From assembly GCA_902771725.1 (NCBI GenBank), contig CACXXT010000010.1:18193-82192 (forward strand): a stretch of 64,000 nucleotides of DNA, in the 5' to 3' direction. This document shows, in pieces, positions 7,749-16,899 of this stretch. A program made the translations under genes and the position numbers. The notes beneath the pieces are model-generated. The model ran no database searches, was not told the DNA's origin, and saw only the letters and a program-made list of their open reading frames with translations. Source of the DNA: an uncultured Bacteroidales bacterium. GTDB taxonomy: Bacteria > Bacteroidota > Bacteroidia > Bacteroidales > Bacteroidaceae. Numbering within the stretch: the stretch's first letter is position 1; the number at the start of each line of letters is the position of its first letter.

Positions 7749-10700
7749 CTATTTGACGGCAATCTTCTTGCCTTTGTTCAGGTAGATACCTCTATGGCGG
7801 GGTTGATTGTCGGACCGGCGACCGTCGAGGGTGTACCATGAGGAGTCATCCGCGGCTTCTCGCCCGTGGGCGAGGGGAGCGGTTACTGTGGTGGCTTCGT
7901 CGCCGAAGTTGAGGACGAAGGCCTTGATGCCTTTTTCGGGATCGACGGCGGTGATGCCGTTCAGCTGGAAGTAAGCTCGCTGGGCGCCAATCGTGGCTCC
8001 GCTTTCAGGATAGTACAGGGTGTTGTCGGCTCCGAGGAAGAGGATGCCCTTGTCCTCCTCGGTGAAAGTCATCTTGTCGTAAGTGCCGATGAAGGTGACA
8101 CAGTTGGATGGTATGTTGTTCAGTGTGCTGCTGACGGTGACGCCACTGAACGCGGGATTCTTGATGTCGCGGGTTTCCTCGCTGGCCGAGTCGTAGCCGT
8201 CGGCTTTCGTCCACTTAATAATATAAGGTGTACCGGCGGTGAGGGCCGTAACCGGATCGCTGAAATTGAGGGTCAGCGTGCCGTCCTGAAGCGAAGTGCT
8301 GCTGAGTGTGCGGACCTCGGCACCTTCGAGGGGCGTGCCGGTGATGCTGTTCATGTTGAAGGGCAGGCAGAGCGTGTTCCAGCAGCCGTCCTTGTAGAGC
8401 GTGCGGCCCATGAGGGTGGCAGTGTATGATCTATTCGTGGCTGCGGTGCTGATGGCTTTGGTGTTCTTGCCGTCGTTGTCGTCGTTGTCCAGTTCGATAT
8501 AAGAGGGCAGGTATATCATCGTCCTCTCGCTCACGCCGTAGAAGGGGTTGCCGGCTGCCGTGCGGTCAACGGTTCTGGCGGTGAGGTAACTGCATTCCGA
8601 GAAGTCGATTAACTTCAGGTTGTCGCAGTTCTGGAACGAGGGTGCGCTGATGGTTGCCAGCGGCGACTGCTTCGATGCCGTGAGTTTTTCCAGCCAGGGA
8701 GTGTCGTCGAGGGCACCGGGAGCCAATGCGGAAATGCTGGTGGGGATTTCGAAATGGCCATCCTCGTCGCCATAATAGGTACTTGCAGCGGGGATTACCA
8801 TTTGGAGCGTACGGCCATTATTGCTGACGATGCCAGCTTTTTTGGTTGTGTTGCCCGCAGTGAGCACGCTGAGATAGCTACCGCTTGCGGAAATGTCTGT
8901 GATATTGGTGCAGCCAGAGAATGCGCTCTTGCCCTTGAGGCCGTCGAGGGGATTAGCATTGCTCCTGAAGTCCAGCTTAGTGAGGTTCGTGCAGTTGCTG
9001 AACGCATAGCCGCCGTCGGTGACTCCTTCGTTGTCGGTATAGGTGTAGTCGAAGTCGCCGCAATAGAAGTTGATGGTCGTCAACGCCGGGCAGCCCGCAA
9101 AAGCCATGCGACCGATATGGAGCGTCGAGCCGGAATTGATATTCAGCGTCTTCAGCGCCGTGCATCCCTCGAAGGCGCGGTGGCCGATGCCGGTGATGTT
9201 CTCGGAAATGGTGATGGAGGTGAATGTGCGGTTGCCCTGGAAGACATCGCTGTCGATGCGGGTGACAGGCTTGCTGTTCACCGTCGCGGGTATGGTGACA
9301 GCTCCGCCGTTGCCTTTGTAGTCTATTGCATGGTAGGTGTCGGGAGCATCCGGATTGGGCAGGAAGTAGAAGCCGTCGTAGTAAGCCAGATCAGAGCCGG
9401 GCAAGTCCTTGCTGAGGGTGATGGGCAGGGGCAGCTTGTCTGCTTCCTGATAATAGTACCAATTGGCTGTGCCGAGTGCTGATGCCATGCCGTTGCCGCC
9501 CACGGGGGTGTCGGTGTAGCAGCTGTTGAGCGAAAGCTTGTCGGTGGGGCTGCCCACGAGGGGTAATGCCGCGGAGCCAGTGGCATTAGTGGCATAGCAG
9601 CGGCTGATAGCTAAATCGCCGTTGCCATCTATGAGGGTTGACATGCCGCCAATGAGTCCCTGCTTGAGAGCACCGCCGTCTTGGCGTGTGATGGTGGCTA
9701 TAGTGCCACAGTCGCTGACGATGCCACTCTTGACATTGGCTGCGAGGGCTCCCACCCAGGCATTGTCCCCTTGGTCGTAGCGGGTCACCACGGTTCCCTC
9801 GAAGTAGCAATTCTCCATGAGGAGGCGTTTGTCGCTGCGGCCCACGATGCCGCCCGTGCTGGCATAGCCCTCTACGTAGGGAGTGGCGGTGGCGGAAGGA
9901 CGCACCCACACGTCGGTCACGCCGCAGGTGGACTGCGCCATGCCAACGAGAGCGCCGGTGTAGTAGTTGCCGCCCTTCACATTCGGAGCCTCCAGGATGA
10001 CATCGTGGATATAGGCATTGTGTATGTATCCGAAGAGTCCGGTGTCGTTGTAGTCGGTGCGGTTGATGGTGAGCCCCGAGATGATGAAGCCGCATCCGTC
10101 GAACTCGCCCATGAAGGGATAGGTGGATGTGCCGATGGGTATGAAGCTGGCAATGCTGCTGAGGTCGATGTCATTGCCGAGCTTGACGATGCATCCCTCG
10201 TAGGTCTTGGCACCGCTGTTGACGTCGATGGCGATTTGCTGCAGCTGACCGGCGGTGGTGACGGTGATGTCGGAGGCGAAGCCATCCTTGTTCTGCGGCA
10301 TAGCACCCGTTTTATAGACGTAGTCGTAGGGGGAAGAATTTATCCTGAACTGCGTCATACCTTCAGTATCGGTAAGGTATCCCCTGTCATCGTCGGGATA
10401 AACTTCAGCTACTGCTCCGTTCCATGACAACGGCCAATATTCATCATCCATATAGTTGAGTCCGCCAAATTCAGCATACATATATTCACCGCTTTTGAGA
10501 CGAAAATCCAATAATCCCGTGCAAAGTCCTGCTTTACAACTCCCTCTCATCGCTATCACTTTGGCATGTACATAATTATAGCTTGCAGTAATTCTTCTCA
10601 CTTGGCAAGAGCCAATGAGTCCGCCCACATGGTCACCAGCGAGCACTTCGTCGCCACCACAAATGACGTCGCAGTTCTGCACATAATTGTGAAAGATATA

Positions 10701-11615
10701 AACAGGAGTAATAACATCAACATCAGCATGGCCTATGATACCGCCGGCACAGTCGTCGATGGCACGGACAGTGGAGTTGACAACGCGGTTGCGCTCAATG
10801 TGTATTTCCGTGTAGGTCTCCTCTGGGACACCCATATATCCCACGATGCCACCGGCAATATTGTCCTCTGTTTCAACCTTGCAGTTGACGACGGCATTGT
10901 CATACAGACTGATATACTCAGCATAGCCCACGATTCCACCCACGTAAGTACTCCCATTTTCTATGCCAGTGAAGCAGTTGGTGACGCGGCAGTTGCGGAT
11001 GGTGGGGTAGCGGGTATTTGTGTTTTCGGCATAGCCGCAGAGGATGCCGCAGTAGGAGACGCTGGGGCTGAGCAGGTTGTAGTTGACGAGAACCAGGTCG
11101 CGTATCTCCCCTCCCCTGATATCAGAGAACAGTGCGCAGCGGCCGCCAGCGTCCACGGCATAGCCGTTGCGGATGACATGGCCCTGACCATAGAAGGTGG
11201 CGTTCTCGATGTAGTAGTCCTTGCGCAGGATGGAGAAATACTTGTTGTTGAGGTCGATGTTGCATTCCAGATAGACATCGCGCGTGCGGCGGTCGCTCCA
11301 GTAGCTGTTGTTGTAGTTAAACATATCGTAGGCATAGCGTGCCAGCTGTGCGGCATTGCGTATGTGGATGCCCTGCTGCTCGCCGCTGGTGCGCAGCTCA
11401 TAGTTCTGGAACGACTGTCCGTCCCACAGGCTGTAGCCGTCCCAGGTGAGGTTGGCGCCGTTCTGCCCGAAGTCAGGGTTGTTGCTCCAGGTGCCCATGT
11501 CTCTCTCGTCGTCGGCGTACGCTGTATTTACACCGACCATTGTCATCAGCAGAGTGATGAACAGGATGTTTATTGCTTTTCGTCTCATATTTTGTGTTAT
11601 ATCGTTACTTTTCAT
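7749..11615 (-). CDS. large T9SS-sorted surface protein with GLUG-like motifs and BspA-type LRRs
   Basis: The track ORF starts at 11651. I prefer ATG 11615 (or 11588) because a TAACTTTG -7 box overlaps 11649..11656. Supporting motifs: signal peptide MRRKAINILFITLLMTMVGVNTAYA; repeated GGIVGYA/GGIIGHA/GGLIGS motifs; an F.GEFDGCGF.ISGL module; LRRs (FEGCTALKTLNI, FAGCPALTTINF); a C-terminus ...WYTLDGRRS..GIYLNKGKKIAVK that is CTD-like. Confidence 0.75.
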   Translation of the reverse strand: MKSNDITQNMRRKAINILFITLLMTMVGVNTAYADDERDMGTWSNNPDFGQNGANLTWDGYSLWDGQSFQNYELRTSGEQQGIHIRNAAQLARYAYDMFNYNNSYWSDRRTRDVYLECNIDLNNKYFSILRKDYYIENATFYGQGHVIRNGYAVDAGGRCALFSDIRGGEIRDLVLVNYNLLSPSVSYCGILCGYAENTNTRYPTIRNCRVTNCFTGIENGSTYVGGIVGYAEYISLYDNAVVNCKVETEDNIAGGIVGYMGVPEETYTEIHIERNRVVNSTVRAIDDCAGGIIGHADVDVITPVYIFHNYVQNCDVICGGDEVLAGDHVGGLIGSCQVRRITASYNYVHAKVIAMRGSCKAGLCTGLLDFRLKSGEYMYAEFGGLNYMDDEYWPLSWNGAVAEVYPDDDRGYLTDTEGMTQFRINSSPYDYVYKTGAMPQNKDGFASDITVTTAGQLQQIAIDVNSGAKTYEGCIVKLGNDIDLSSIASFIPIGTSTYPFMGEFDGCGFIISGLTINRTDYNDTGLFGYIHNAYIHDVILEAPNVKGGNYYTGALVGMAQSTCGVTDVWVRPSATATPYVEGYASTGGIVGRSDKRLLMENCYFEGTVVTRYDQGDNAWVGALAANVKSGIVSDCGTIATITRQDGGALKQGLIGGMSTLIDGNGDLAISRCYATNATGSAALPLVGSPTDKLSLNSCYTDTPVGGNGMASALGTANWYYYQEADKLPLPITLSKDLPGSDLAYYDGFYFLPNPDAPDTYHAIDYKGNGGAVTIPATVNSKPVTRIDSDVFQGNRTFTSITISENITGIGHRAFEGCTALKTLNINSGSTLHIGRMAFAGCPALTTINFYCGDFDYTYTDNEGVTDGGYAFSNCTNLTKLDFRSNANPLDGLKGKSAFSGCTNITDISASGSYLSVLTAGNTTKKAGIVSNNGRTLQMVIPAASTYYGDEDGHFEIPTSISALAPGALDDTPWLEKLTASKQSPLATISAPSFQNCDNLKLIDFSECSYLTARTVDRTAAGNPFYGVSERTMIYLPSYIELDNDDNDGKNTKAISTAATNRSYTATLMGRTLYKDGCWNTLCLPFNMNSITGTPLEGAEVRTLSSTSLQDGTLTLNFSDPVTALTAGTPYIIKWTKADGYDSASEETRDIKNPAFSGVTVSSTLNNIPSNCVTFIGTYDKMTFTEEDKGILFLGADNTLYYPESGATIGAQRAYFQLNGITAVDPEKGIKAFVLNFGDEATTVTAPLAHGREAADDSSWYTLDGRRSDNQPRHRGIYLNKGKKIAVK

Positions 11616-11648
11616 CCTTGTCTTATCATTCGTATATGATTTATTTTG

Positions 11649-11656
11649 CAAAGTTA
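11649..11656 (-). promoter_or_regulatory. candidate -7 box TAACTTTG
   Basis: Plus-strand caaagtta matches TAnnTTTG on the minus strand, just upstream of the preferred start codons of the 1300-aa gene. Confidence 0.45.
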
Positions 11657-11916
11657 CACATAATCTTTGATAATATCGCCATTTTCATCCTTTTTTTATG
11701 TTTTTTTAGGTCTTAATGATCAAAAGAGCCCATTTACTTAGTGGACATTAAGTCACTTATAAGGCATAAATTATTTTTTGCTTAGAAATCTTGTTATTGC
11801 GGATAGTTACTAAGCAACTTTCCGCCAATCATGAACAAGGGAAAGTTGCCTTGATGATTGCTTATACTTCCGAAACTTGAATCAGCATCCCAACCGTCAC
11901 CAGCACCGATTCGTCC

Positions 11917-11984
11917 GTTGTTCCATGGCGATGGAACGATGATTCCATGGCGATGGAACAATGGTTCCATGGCGATGGAACAAC
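11917..11984. repeat. three tandem ~22-nt units, each a small hairpin (TTCCAT-GGCG-ATGGAA)
   Basis: gttgTTCCATGGCGATGGAAcgatgaTTCCATGGCGATGGAAcaatggTTCCATGGCGATGGAAcaac, read directly. The outer gttg/caac also pair. Confidence 0.85.
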
Positions 11985-12126
11985 AAAAACAGCTGCTTTC
12001 GATAAACGACGAGTGTAGTTTAGCGCTATAGGTTGACTACATAAGTCATTTTACGTGTGAAAGTTGAATTTCGACTACATAATTACATCATTGAGGCTTA
12101 ACTGCTTTATAATCTGTAGATTACAA

Positions 12127-12292
12127 GGTGTAATAATGGTGTAATTGATGATGTAATGATGTAGTTTGGGTGAAGAAATGGTGCAGTAATGGTGCAGAAA
12201 TGGTGCAGAAATGGTGCAGAAAATGACGGTAAAACGCCCTTTTCTGCACCAAAACTACATCATTACATCATCAACTACACCATTATTACATC
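12127..12292. repeat. 46-nt inverted repeat pair enclosing four 11-nt tandem units and an inner hairpin
   Basis: The left arm 12127..12172 and right arm 12247..12292 are reverse complements with about 3 mismatches. Inside are aatggtgcag(t/a) x4 (12177..12220) and the hairpin GGTGCAGAAAA-N18-TTTTCTGCACC. Confidence 0.85.
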
Positions 12293-12391
12293 TTGCAACT
12301 TGTTGATAATCCGCAAAGTAAGTGCCGAAGATGTAATTGTGTAGTGAAAATGCAACTTTTTTTAAAAAAAGAGGTTCTATTGTTGATGTTC

Positions 12392-13888
12392 TCAGAGGGT
12401 TACTCCGTTCTTCCAGATGGCGATATCGCAGATGCCAGCCTGCTCAGCTCGGGTGGGTGTACCGTTCGCAGTGGCGATGATGAGTTCGGTGAAGCGGTCA
12501 AGGAGGTCGTCCATGGATTCGTTGGCGCTGACGAGGGTGCCGGCGTCGAAGTCCATCCAGTGGGGCTTGCGGCGGAAGAGGTCGCTGTTGGTGGCGACCT
12601 TCAGCGTAGGCACAAAGGTGGAGAAGGGCGTACCGCGACCGGTGGTGAACAGGACGAGCTGACAGCCAGCAGCGGCCAGGGCGGTGGAGGCAACCAGATC
12701 GTTGCCGGGTGCGCAGAGAAGGTGGAGACCTGCAGCCGGTTCTTCTTGTGGGGGGAGGGGAGAGGATGCCGCACTGACGCCGGAAGCTGCGAGGCGCTGG
12801 CCATAGGCGAGGACGCCGCAGACGGGCGAGCTGCCGCTCTTCTGGGTGCAGCCGAGGGCTTTCTCCTCGAGGGTGGAGATGCCGCCGGCTTTGTTGCCTG
12901 GCGACGGGTTCTCGCCTACGGGCTGTCCGTGGCTGAGGTAATATTCCTTGAAGTCGTTGATCAGGCTGATGGTCTGCTGCAGGATCTCCTCCGATGCAGC
13001 GCGCTGCATCAGCAGATGTTCGGCGCCGAACATCTCTGGTACCTCGGTGAGGATGGTGGTGCCGCCGCGGGCACAGAGCCAGTCGGAGAAAGCGCCGAGC
13101 AGTGGGTTGGCCGTGAGTCCCGAGAAACCGTCGGAACCGCCGCACTTCAATCCCACGCGCAAGAAAGAAATAGGAACGGGTACGCGCTGGTAGGTCTGCG
13201 CCTGCGCGTAGAGTTCTTCAACGATGCGTACTCCCTCTTCCACCTCGTCGCCTTCCACCTCCTGTGCCACGAGGAAGCGGATGCGCGAATGGTCGTAGTC
13301 GCCCAGCAGCTTCTCGAGTTCCCGCGGCTGGTTGTTCTCACAGCCCAGCCCCACGACGAGGACGCCACCGGCATTGGGGTGGAGAATCATATCCCGCAGG
13401 ATGAGCCGTGTGCTCTCGTGGTCATCGCCCAGCTGCGAGCAGCCGTAGGGGTGGGAGAAGTGAAGAATGGCAGTTCCTCTTCCGGCTCTCTCTGCTATGC
13501 GCTGGCAGATGTTGTTGACGCAGCCCACGGTGGGAATGACCCAGATGTCGTTGCGGATGCCGACTTGTCCGTCGGAGCGGGGATAGCCCATGAAAGAAGC
13601 CCCCTCTGAATCTCCCCGTAAGGGGAGACTTGCGTTTCCGCTTGCCTTCGCTGTGATGCCGCTGTAATCCAGCGTCCCGCTGAGATTTGTAGCCAGGTTG
13701 TGGTGGTCTACCAACTCTCCCTTGTGGATGGGGCGAGTGGCGTGGCCGATGGGGTTGCCGTACTTGATGACATTCTCGCCCTCTGCAATATCGCGGAGGG
13801 CAAACTTATGACCTGCCGGGATGCCGGGACGGTCGGTGAGGGCCACGGCTACCGTGTCCGCAGGGTGGATTTGAAGGAACTCTTTCAA
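12392..13888 (-). CDS. uxaA: altronate dehydratase (UxaA family)
   Basis: 498 aa. It has a SAF-like N-terminus. The motifs HPYGCSQLGDD, GLGCENNQ, GLKCGGSDG, NPSPGNKAGGISTLEEKALGC and APGNDLVASTALAAAGCQLVLFTTGRGTP match my recollection of E. coli UxaA along the whole length. Confidence 0.9.
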   Translation of the reverse strand: MKEFLQIHPADTVAVALTDRPGIPAGHKFALRDIAEGENVIKYGNPIGHATRPIHKGELVDHHNLATNLSGTLDYSGITAKASGNASLPLRGDSEGASFMGYPRSDGQVGIRNDIWVIPTVGCVNNICQRIAERAGRGTAILHFSHPYGCSQLGDDHESTRLILRDMILHPNAGGVLVVGLGCENNQPRELEKLLGDYDHSRIRFLVAQEVEGDEVEEGVRIVEELYAQAQTYQRVPVPISFLRVGLKCGGSDGFSGLTANPLLGAFSDWLCARGGTTILTEVPEMFGAEHLLMQRAASEEILQQTISLINDFKEYYLSHGQPVGENPSPGNKAGGISTLEEKALGCTQKSGSSPVCGVLAYGQRLAASGVSAASSPLPPQEEPAAGLHLLCAPGNDLVASTALAAAGCQLVLFTTGRGTPFSTFVPTLKVATNSDLFRRKPHWMDFDAGTLVSANESMDDLLDRFTELIIATANGTPTRAEQAGICDIAIWKNGVTL

Positions 13889-13907
13889 GGTGTGAAATTA
13901 TCGGTTA

Positions 13908-15395
13908 TCAATTCTGAGTGATTACTTCCTTCACGCTCTCCATCATGCCGCGGTCCAGGATGCTCTGGATGCTCTGGGTGAGGAGGTCTGTGAGGCCGGG
14001 GATGGCGTTGAGGTCGCCATGTTCGTGCCAGATCAGGTCGGCAGCAGCGAGGACTCCTTCTGCCACTTTACGCGTGTCGCCCGTCTGCCACAAGTCCGTG
14101 AGCAACTGCATGATGCGCGGGTCGTCGTTGGGCTGGATGGGAGTGCCGTCGGCACGTTCCCCACCTCGATAGTAGACGCAGATGGCGGCCAGACCGAGGA
14201 CGATGCCCTTTGGCAATATGCCCTTGCGTTCCAGATAGGTCTTCAGGCCTGGCAGGTCGCGTGTCTGGAATTTCGGGAAGGAGTTGAGCATGATGCTCGT
14301 GAGCTGGTGGTCGACGAAGGGGTTGCAGAAACGCTCCATCACATCGTCGGCGAAGCGGCGCAGTTCGTCCTCGGGAAGGTTGAGCGTAGGCAGCAACTCG
14401 TCGTACATCACCCTACGGACGAAGGGACCGATCACTTCGTGCTGGCAGGCATCGCGCACGATATTCAACCCGGCGAGGAAGGCCACCGGCGAGAGCACGG
14501 TGTGGGGTCCGTTCAAGAGCGTCACCTTACGCTCGTGGTAGGGCGACTCGTCGTGCGTGAAGATTACATGCAAGCCGGCCTTGTCGGCAGGGAACTCCTG
14601 GGCCAGCTGCTCGATGGACAGGTTAGGCGCAGTCTCGATGACCCATAGGTGGAACGCCTCGGCCTGTACCACCATCTGGTCGGCATAACCCACTTTCTGC
14701 TGGATGGCATCGATGTCCTTGCGCGGGAAGCCGGGGACGATGCGGTCCACGAGCGTGGCGCAGACGTAGCAGGACTGCTCGAACCACTGGCGGAAAGGCT
14801 CGAAATCGGCTCCCAGGTCTTCTTTCCACAACTCGATGTACTTGCGAATGCAGTCCAGGAGATGATGGCCGTTCTGGAAGATGAGTTCACAGGGCATGAT
14901 GATAAGTCCTTTGGCAGGATCGCCGTTGAAGGCGCGGAAGCGGTGATAGAGCAGTTGCGTGAGCTTGCCGGGATAAGAGGAAGGCGGAGCGTCGTTCAAG
15001 CGACATGCTGGGTCGAAAGCGATGCCGGCCTCGGTGGTGTTGGAGATAACAAAACGTACATCGGGCAATGTGGCCAGAGCCAGGAAGGCGGCGTGGTCGG
15101 CGTAGGGATTCACGGTGCGGCTGACGCTGTCGATGCGTTCGAGGGAGTTCACGGCCTGGCCGTCGATGAGCCCCTGCAGATTCACGTGGTAGAGGCAGTC
15201 CTGCGCCTGCAGACGCTCGGCCATACCTTGGGCAATGGGCTGCACGATGACGACGGAGGCGTTGAAGTCGGTCTTCCGATCCATCTGCCAGACTATCCAG
15301 TCTACGAAAGCGCGAAGGAAGTTGCCTTCGCCAAATTGTATGATGCGCTCTGGGCGCTGTGCCTTGTGGGCAGTTTTGCTATTTAGTTCTTGCAT
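13908..15395 (-). CDS. uxaB: tagaturonate reductase / altronate oxidoreductase (UxaB)
   Basis: 495 aa. ERIIQFGEGNFLRAFVDW, FVISNTTEAGI, IMPCELI, TLVDRIVPGFP and ERKVTLLNGPHT match E. coli UxaB (long-chain mannitol dehydrogenase family). Confidence 0.9.
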   Translation of the reverse strand: MQELNSKTAHKAQRPERIIQFGEGNFLRAFVDWIVWQMDRKTDFNASVVIVQPIAQGMAERLQAQDCLYHVNLQGLIDGQAVNSLERIDSVSRTVNPYADHAAFLALATLPDVRFVISNTTEAGIAFDPACRLNDAPPSSYPGKLTQLLYHRFRAFNGDPAKGLIIMPCELIFQNGHHLLDCIRKYIELWKEDLGADFEPFRQWFEQSCYVCATLVDRIVPGFPRKDIDAIQQKVGYADQMVVQAEAFHLWVIETAPNLSIEQLAQEFPADKAGLHVIFTHDESPYHERKVTLLNGPHTVLSPVAFLAGLNIVRDACQHEVIGPFVRRVMYDELLPTLNLPEDELRRFADDVMERFCNPFVDHQLTSIMLNSFPKFQTRDLPGLKTYLERKGILPKGIVLGLAAICVYYRGGERADGTPIQPNDDPRIMQLLTDLWQTGDTRKVAEGVLAAADLIWHEHGDLNAIPGLTDLLTQSIQSILDRGMMESVKEVITQN

Positions 15396-15441
15396 GATTT
15401 TCTGTCGTTCTTAGTGTTTTATCATTATATATGGTTCCTGA

Positions 15442-16458
15442 TTAGAACTTCACAAGGATACGGAAGACCTTGCCTGGTGCAGCGTCCCAGTCGGTCATAG
15501 CCTTTGCTGCAGCCTCTGGGGGTACGATGCCCGAAATAAGGCGGGCGGTGGGACAATCACCACGACGCAAGTAGCGGATGACGGCGCGGAAATCGTCGGG
15601 CAGGGCGTTGCGCGAGCCGCGGATGTCCAATTCCTTCTGCACGAAGAAACGGGTGGGCAGAGGAACTTCGCCTGGAGCATAGCCGATGCAGACGATGCGA
15701 CCTGTGAAGGCCACTTCGTTGACGGCACAATTATAAGTAGGTGTTGCACCCACGGCCTCGATGACTACATTGGGACCTGCACCATTCGTCAGTTCCTGCA
15801 AGCGTAGATGAACATCTTCTGTGCCGCTGTTGACGGTGGCCGTAGCTCCGAGCTCACGCGCCAGGGCCAGCTTCTCGTCGTCGAGATCCATGGCGATGAC
15901 CGTAGCGCCACGCAGGCTGGCTCGCACGATGGCTCCCACGCCAATCATGCCGCAGCCGATGACCAGGACGGTGTCGGCATCCGTCACCTGGCCGCGATCC
16001 ACGGCGTGGAAGCCCACACTCATAGGTTCAATCAGCGCGATGTCCTGTGGTGCCAAACCCTCGGCAGGAATCACTTTCTGCCAAGGCACAGCAATGAACT
16101 CGCGCATGGCACCGTGGCGTTGCACGCCCAGCGTCTCGTTGTGCTGGCAAGCGTTGAAGCGGCGTCGGCGGCAGCTGGGACAGTTGCCGCAGGCGGTGTA
16201 GGGGTCAACGGTCACTACCTGGCCTCTTTGGAACGATGCAGGGACATTCTCGCCCAACTGTTCGATGACGGCACTGATTTCGTGCCCTGGGATGACTGGC
16301 TTCAGTGCCAAAGCGTTGCGGCCGCGCCAGGTGTTGAGGTCCGAGCCGCAGAAACCGACATAGTTAATGCGCAGCAGCACCTCGCCGGCAGCGGGCTGCA
16401 CTTCAGGGAGTTCGATGACGTCGAGTTTCTTAGCGTCAGTAATTTGTAATGCTTTCAT
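15442..16458 (-). CDS. zinc-dependent medium-chain dehydrogenase, candidate L-galactonate 5-dehydrogenase
   Basis: Motifs: GHE zinc motif (PGHEISAVI), a structural-zinc Cys cluster (CGNCPSCRRRRFNAC), and the Rossmann motif VIGCGMIGVG. The start was moved to MKALQITD (ATG 16458); the track start is 16485. The functional guess comes from context with uxaB/uxaA. Confidence 0.75.
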   Translation of the reverse strand: MKALQITDAKKLDVIELPEVQPAAGEVLLRINYVGFCGSDLNTWRGRNALALKPVIPGHEISAVIEQLGENVPASFQRGQVVTVDPYTACGNCPSCRRRRFNACQHNETLGVQRHGAMREFIAVPWQKVIPAEGLAPQDIALIEPMSVGFHAVDRGQVTDADTVLVIGCGMIGVGAIVRASLRGATVIAMDLDDEKLALARELGATATVNSGTEDVHLRLQELTNGAGPNVVIEAVGATPTYNCAVNEVAFTGRIVCIGYAPGEVPLPTRFFVQKELDIRGSRNALPDDFRAVIRYLRRGDCPTARLISGIVPPEAAAKAMTDWDAAPGKVFRILVKF

Positions 16459-16517
16459 GCAGTTTATATGATTTGATGATTCCACGATTCGATTTGTGAA
16501 ATAGGTGAATGCGCCTG

Positions 16518-16525
16518 CAAAGGTA
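16518..16525 (-). promoter_or_regulatory. candidate -7 box TACCTTTG
   Basis: Plus-strand caaaggta lies about 60 nt upstream of ATG 16458. Confidence 0.45.
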
Positions 16526-16828
16526 CGGAATTATTTCCTTTTGCGCGCGCAAAAACATATAAAATTACGCTTCGCCCTGCCAATCTCCTTGTTTTTCTGC
16601 ATATTTTGTTCGCCTGCTAACTGAATGCTATCTCCACAATGCAGCTTTCACAAGTTCACGATTACGGGTTCGTAAAGCTCCGATGTGTTAGCAAGAAAGA
16701 CACTCAAATGCGCTTATATAGCTATAAAATAACAACAATAATCGTTGTTTTTTCCCAAAGATCCCATTCCTTCCCAATAAAACTACCGGTTTTTTGCGTG
16801 TTTTACCATTTATTTGAAAAGAATGCAG

Positions 16829-16836
16829 TACATTTG
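16829..16836 (+). promoter_or_regulatory. candidate -7 box TACATTTG
   Basis: Matches TAnnTTTG 64 nt upstream of ATG 16900, the first gene of the plus-strand lipoprotein block. Confidence 0.4.
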
Positions 16837-16899
16837 CACATTCATTGATGAACAATGAATGAATATAACGATTTTATCGCACTATAATTCTTACAAAAC

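Noticed and set aside
11616-11651. Longest-ORF N-terminal extensions. Examples are 11651, 16485, 25675, 27049, 36191, 40868, 46283 and 32079.
   Set aside because: In each case an internal ATG gives a canonical family N-terminus or signal peptide. In several cases a TAnnTTTG -7 box or the upstream gene's stop lies inside the extension.
12127-12292. The 46-nt inverted repeats as an invertase-controlled phase-variable promoter for the 1300-aa surface protein.
   Set aside because: Only about 74 nt lie between the arms, which is too short for typical Bacteroidota invertible promoters. I see no TAnnTTTG box inside, and no tyrosine or serine recombinase gene is in the window. The element is also about 500 nt from the gene start. 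I kept it as a structural finding only.
12293-13609. Long plus-strand ORF (438 aa) and many similar 100-450-aa ORFs antisense to real genes. Examples are 3481..4827, 9681..10427, 10566..11639, 14649..15386, 34736..35779, 38142..39368, 40990..41811, 44283..44981 and 46992..47732.
   Set aside because: They overlap well-supported genes (uxaA, groEL, pdxJ, the ABC exporter and others) on the opposite strand. Their composition is Gly/Ala/Val/Arg-rich and low complexity, as is typical of antisense frames in GC-rich coding DNA, and they have no recognisable motifs.
13600-13640. RGD tripeptides (LRGDSEG in UxaA; NRGDVLL at the 49760 frameshift junction) as integrin-binding motifs.
   Set aside because: UxaA is cytoplasmic. 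A tripeptide match is expected by chance in tens of thousands of translated residues.
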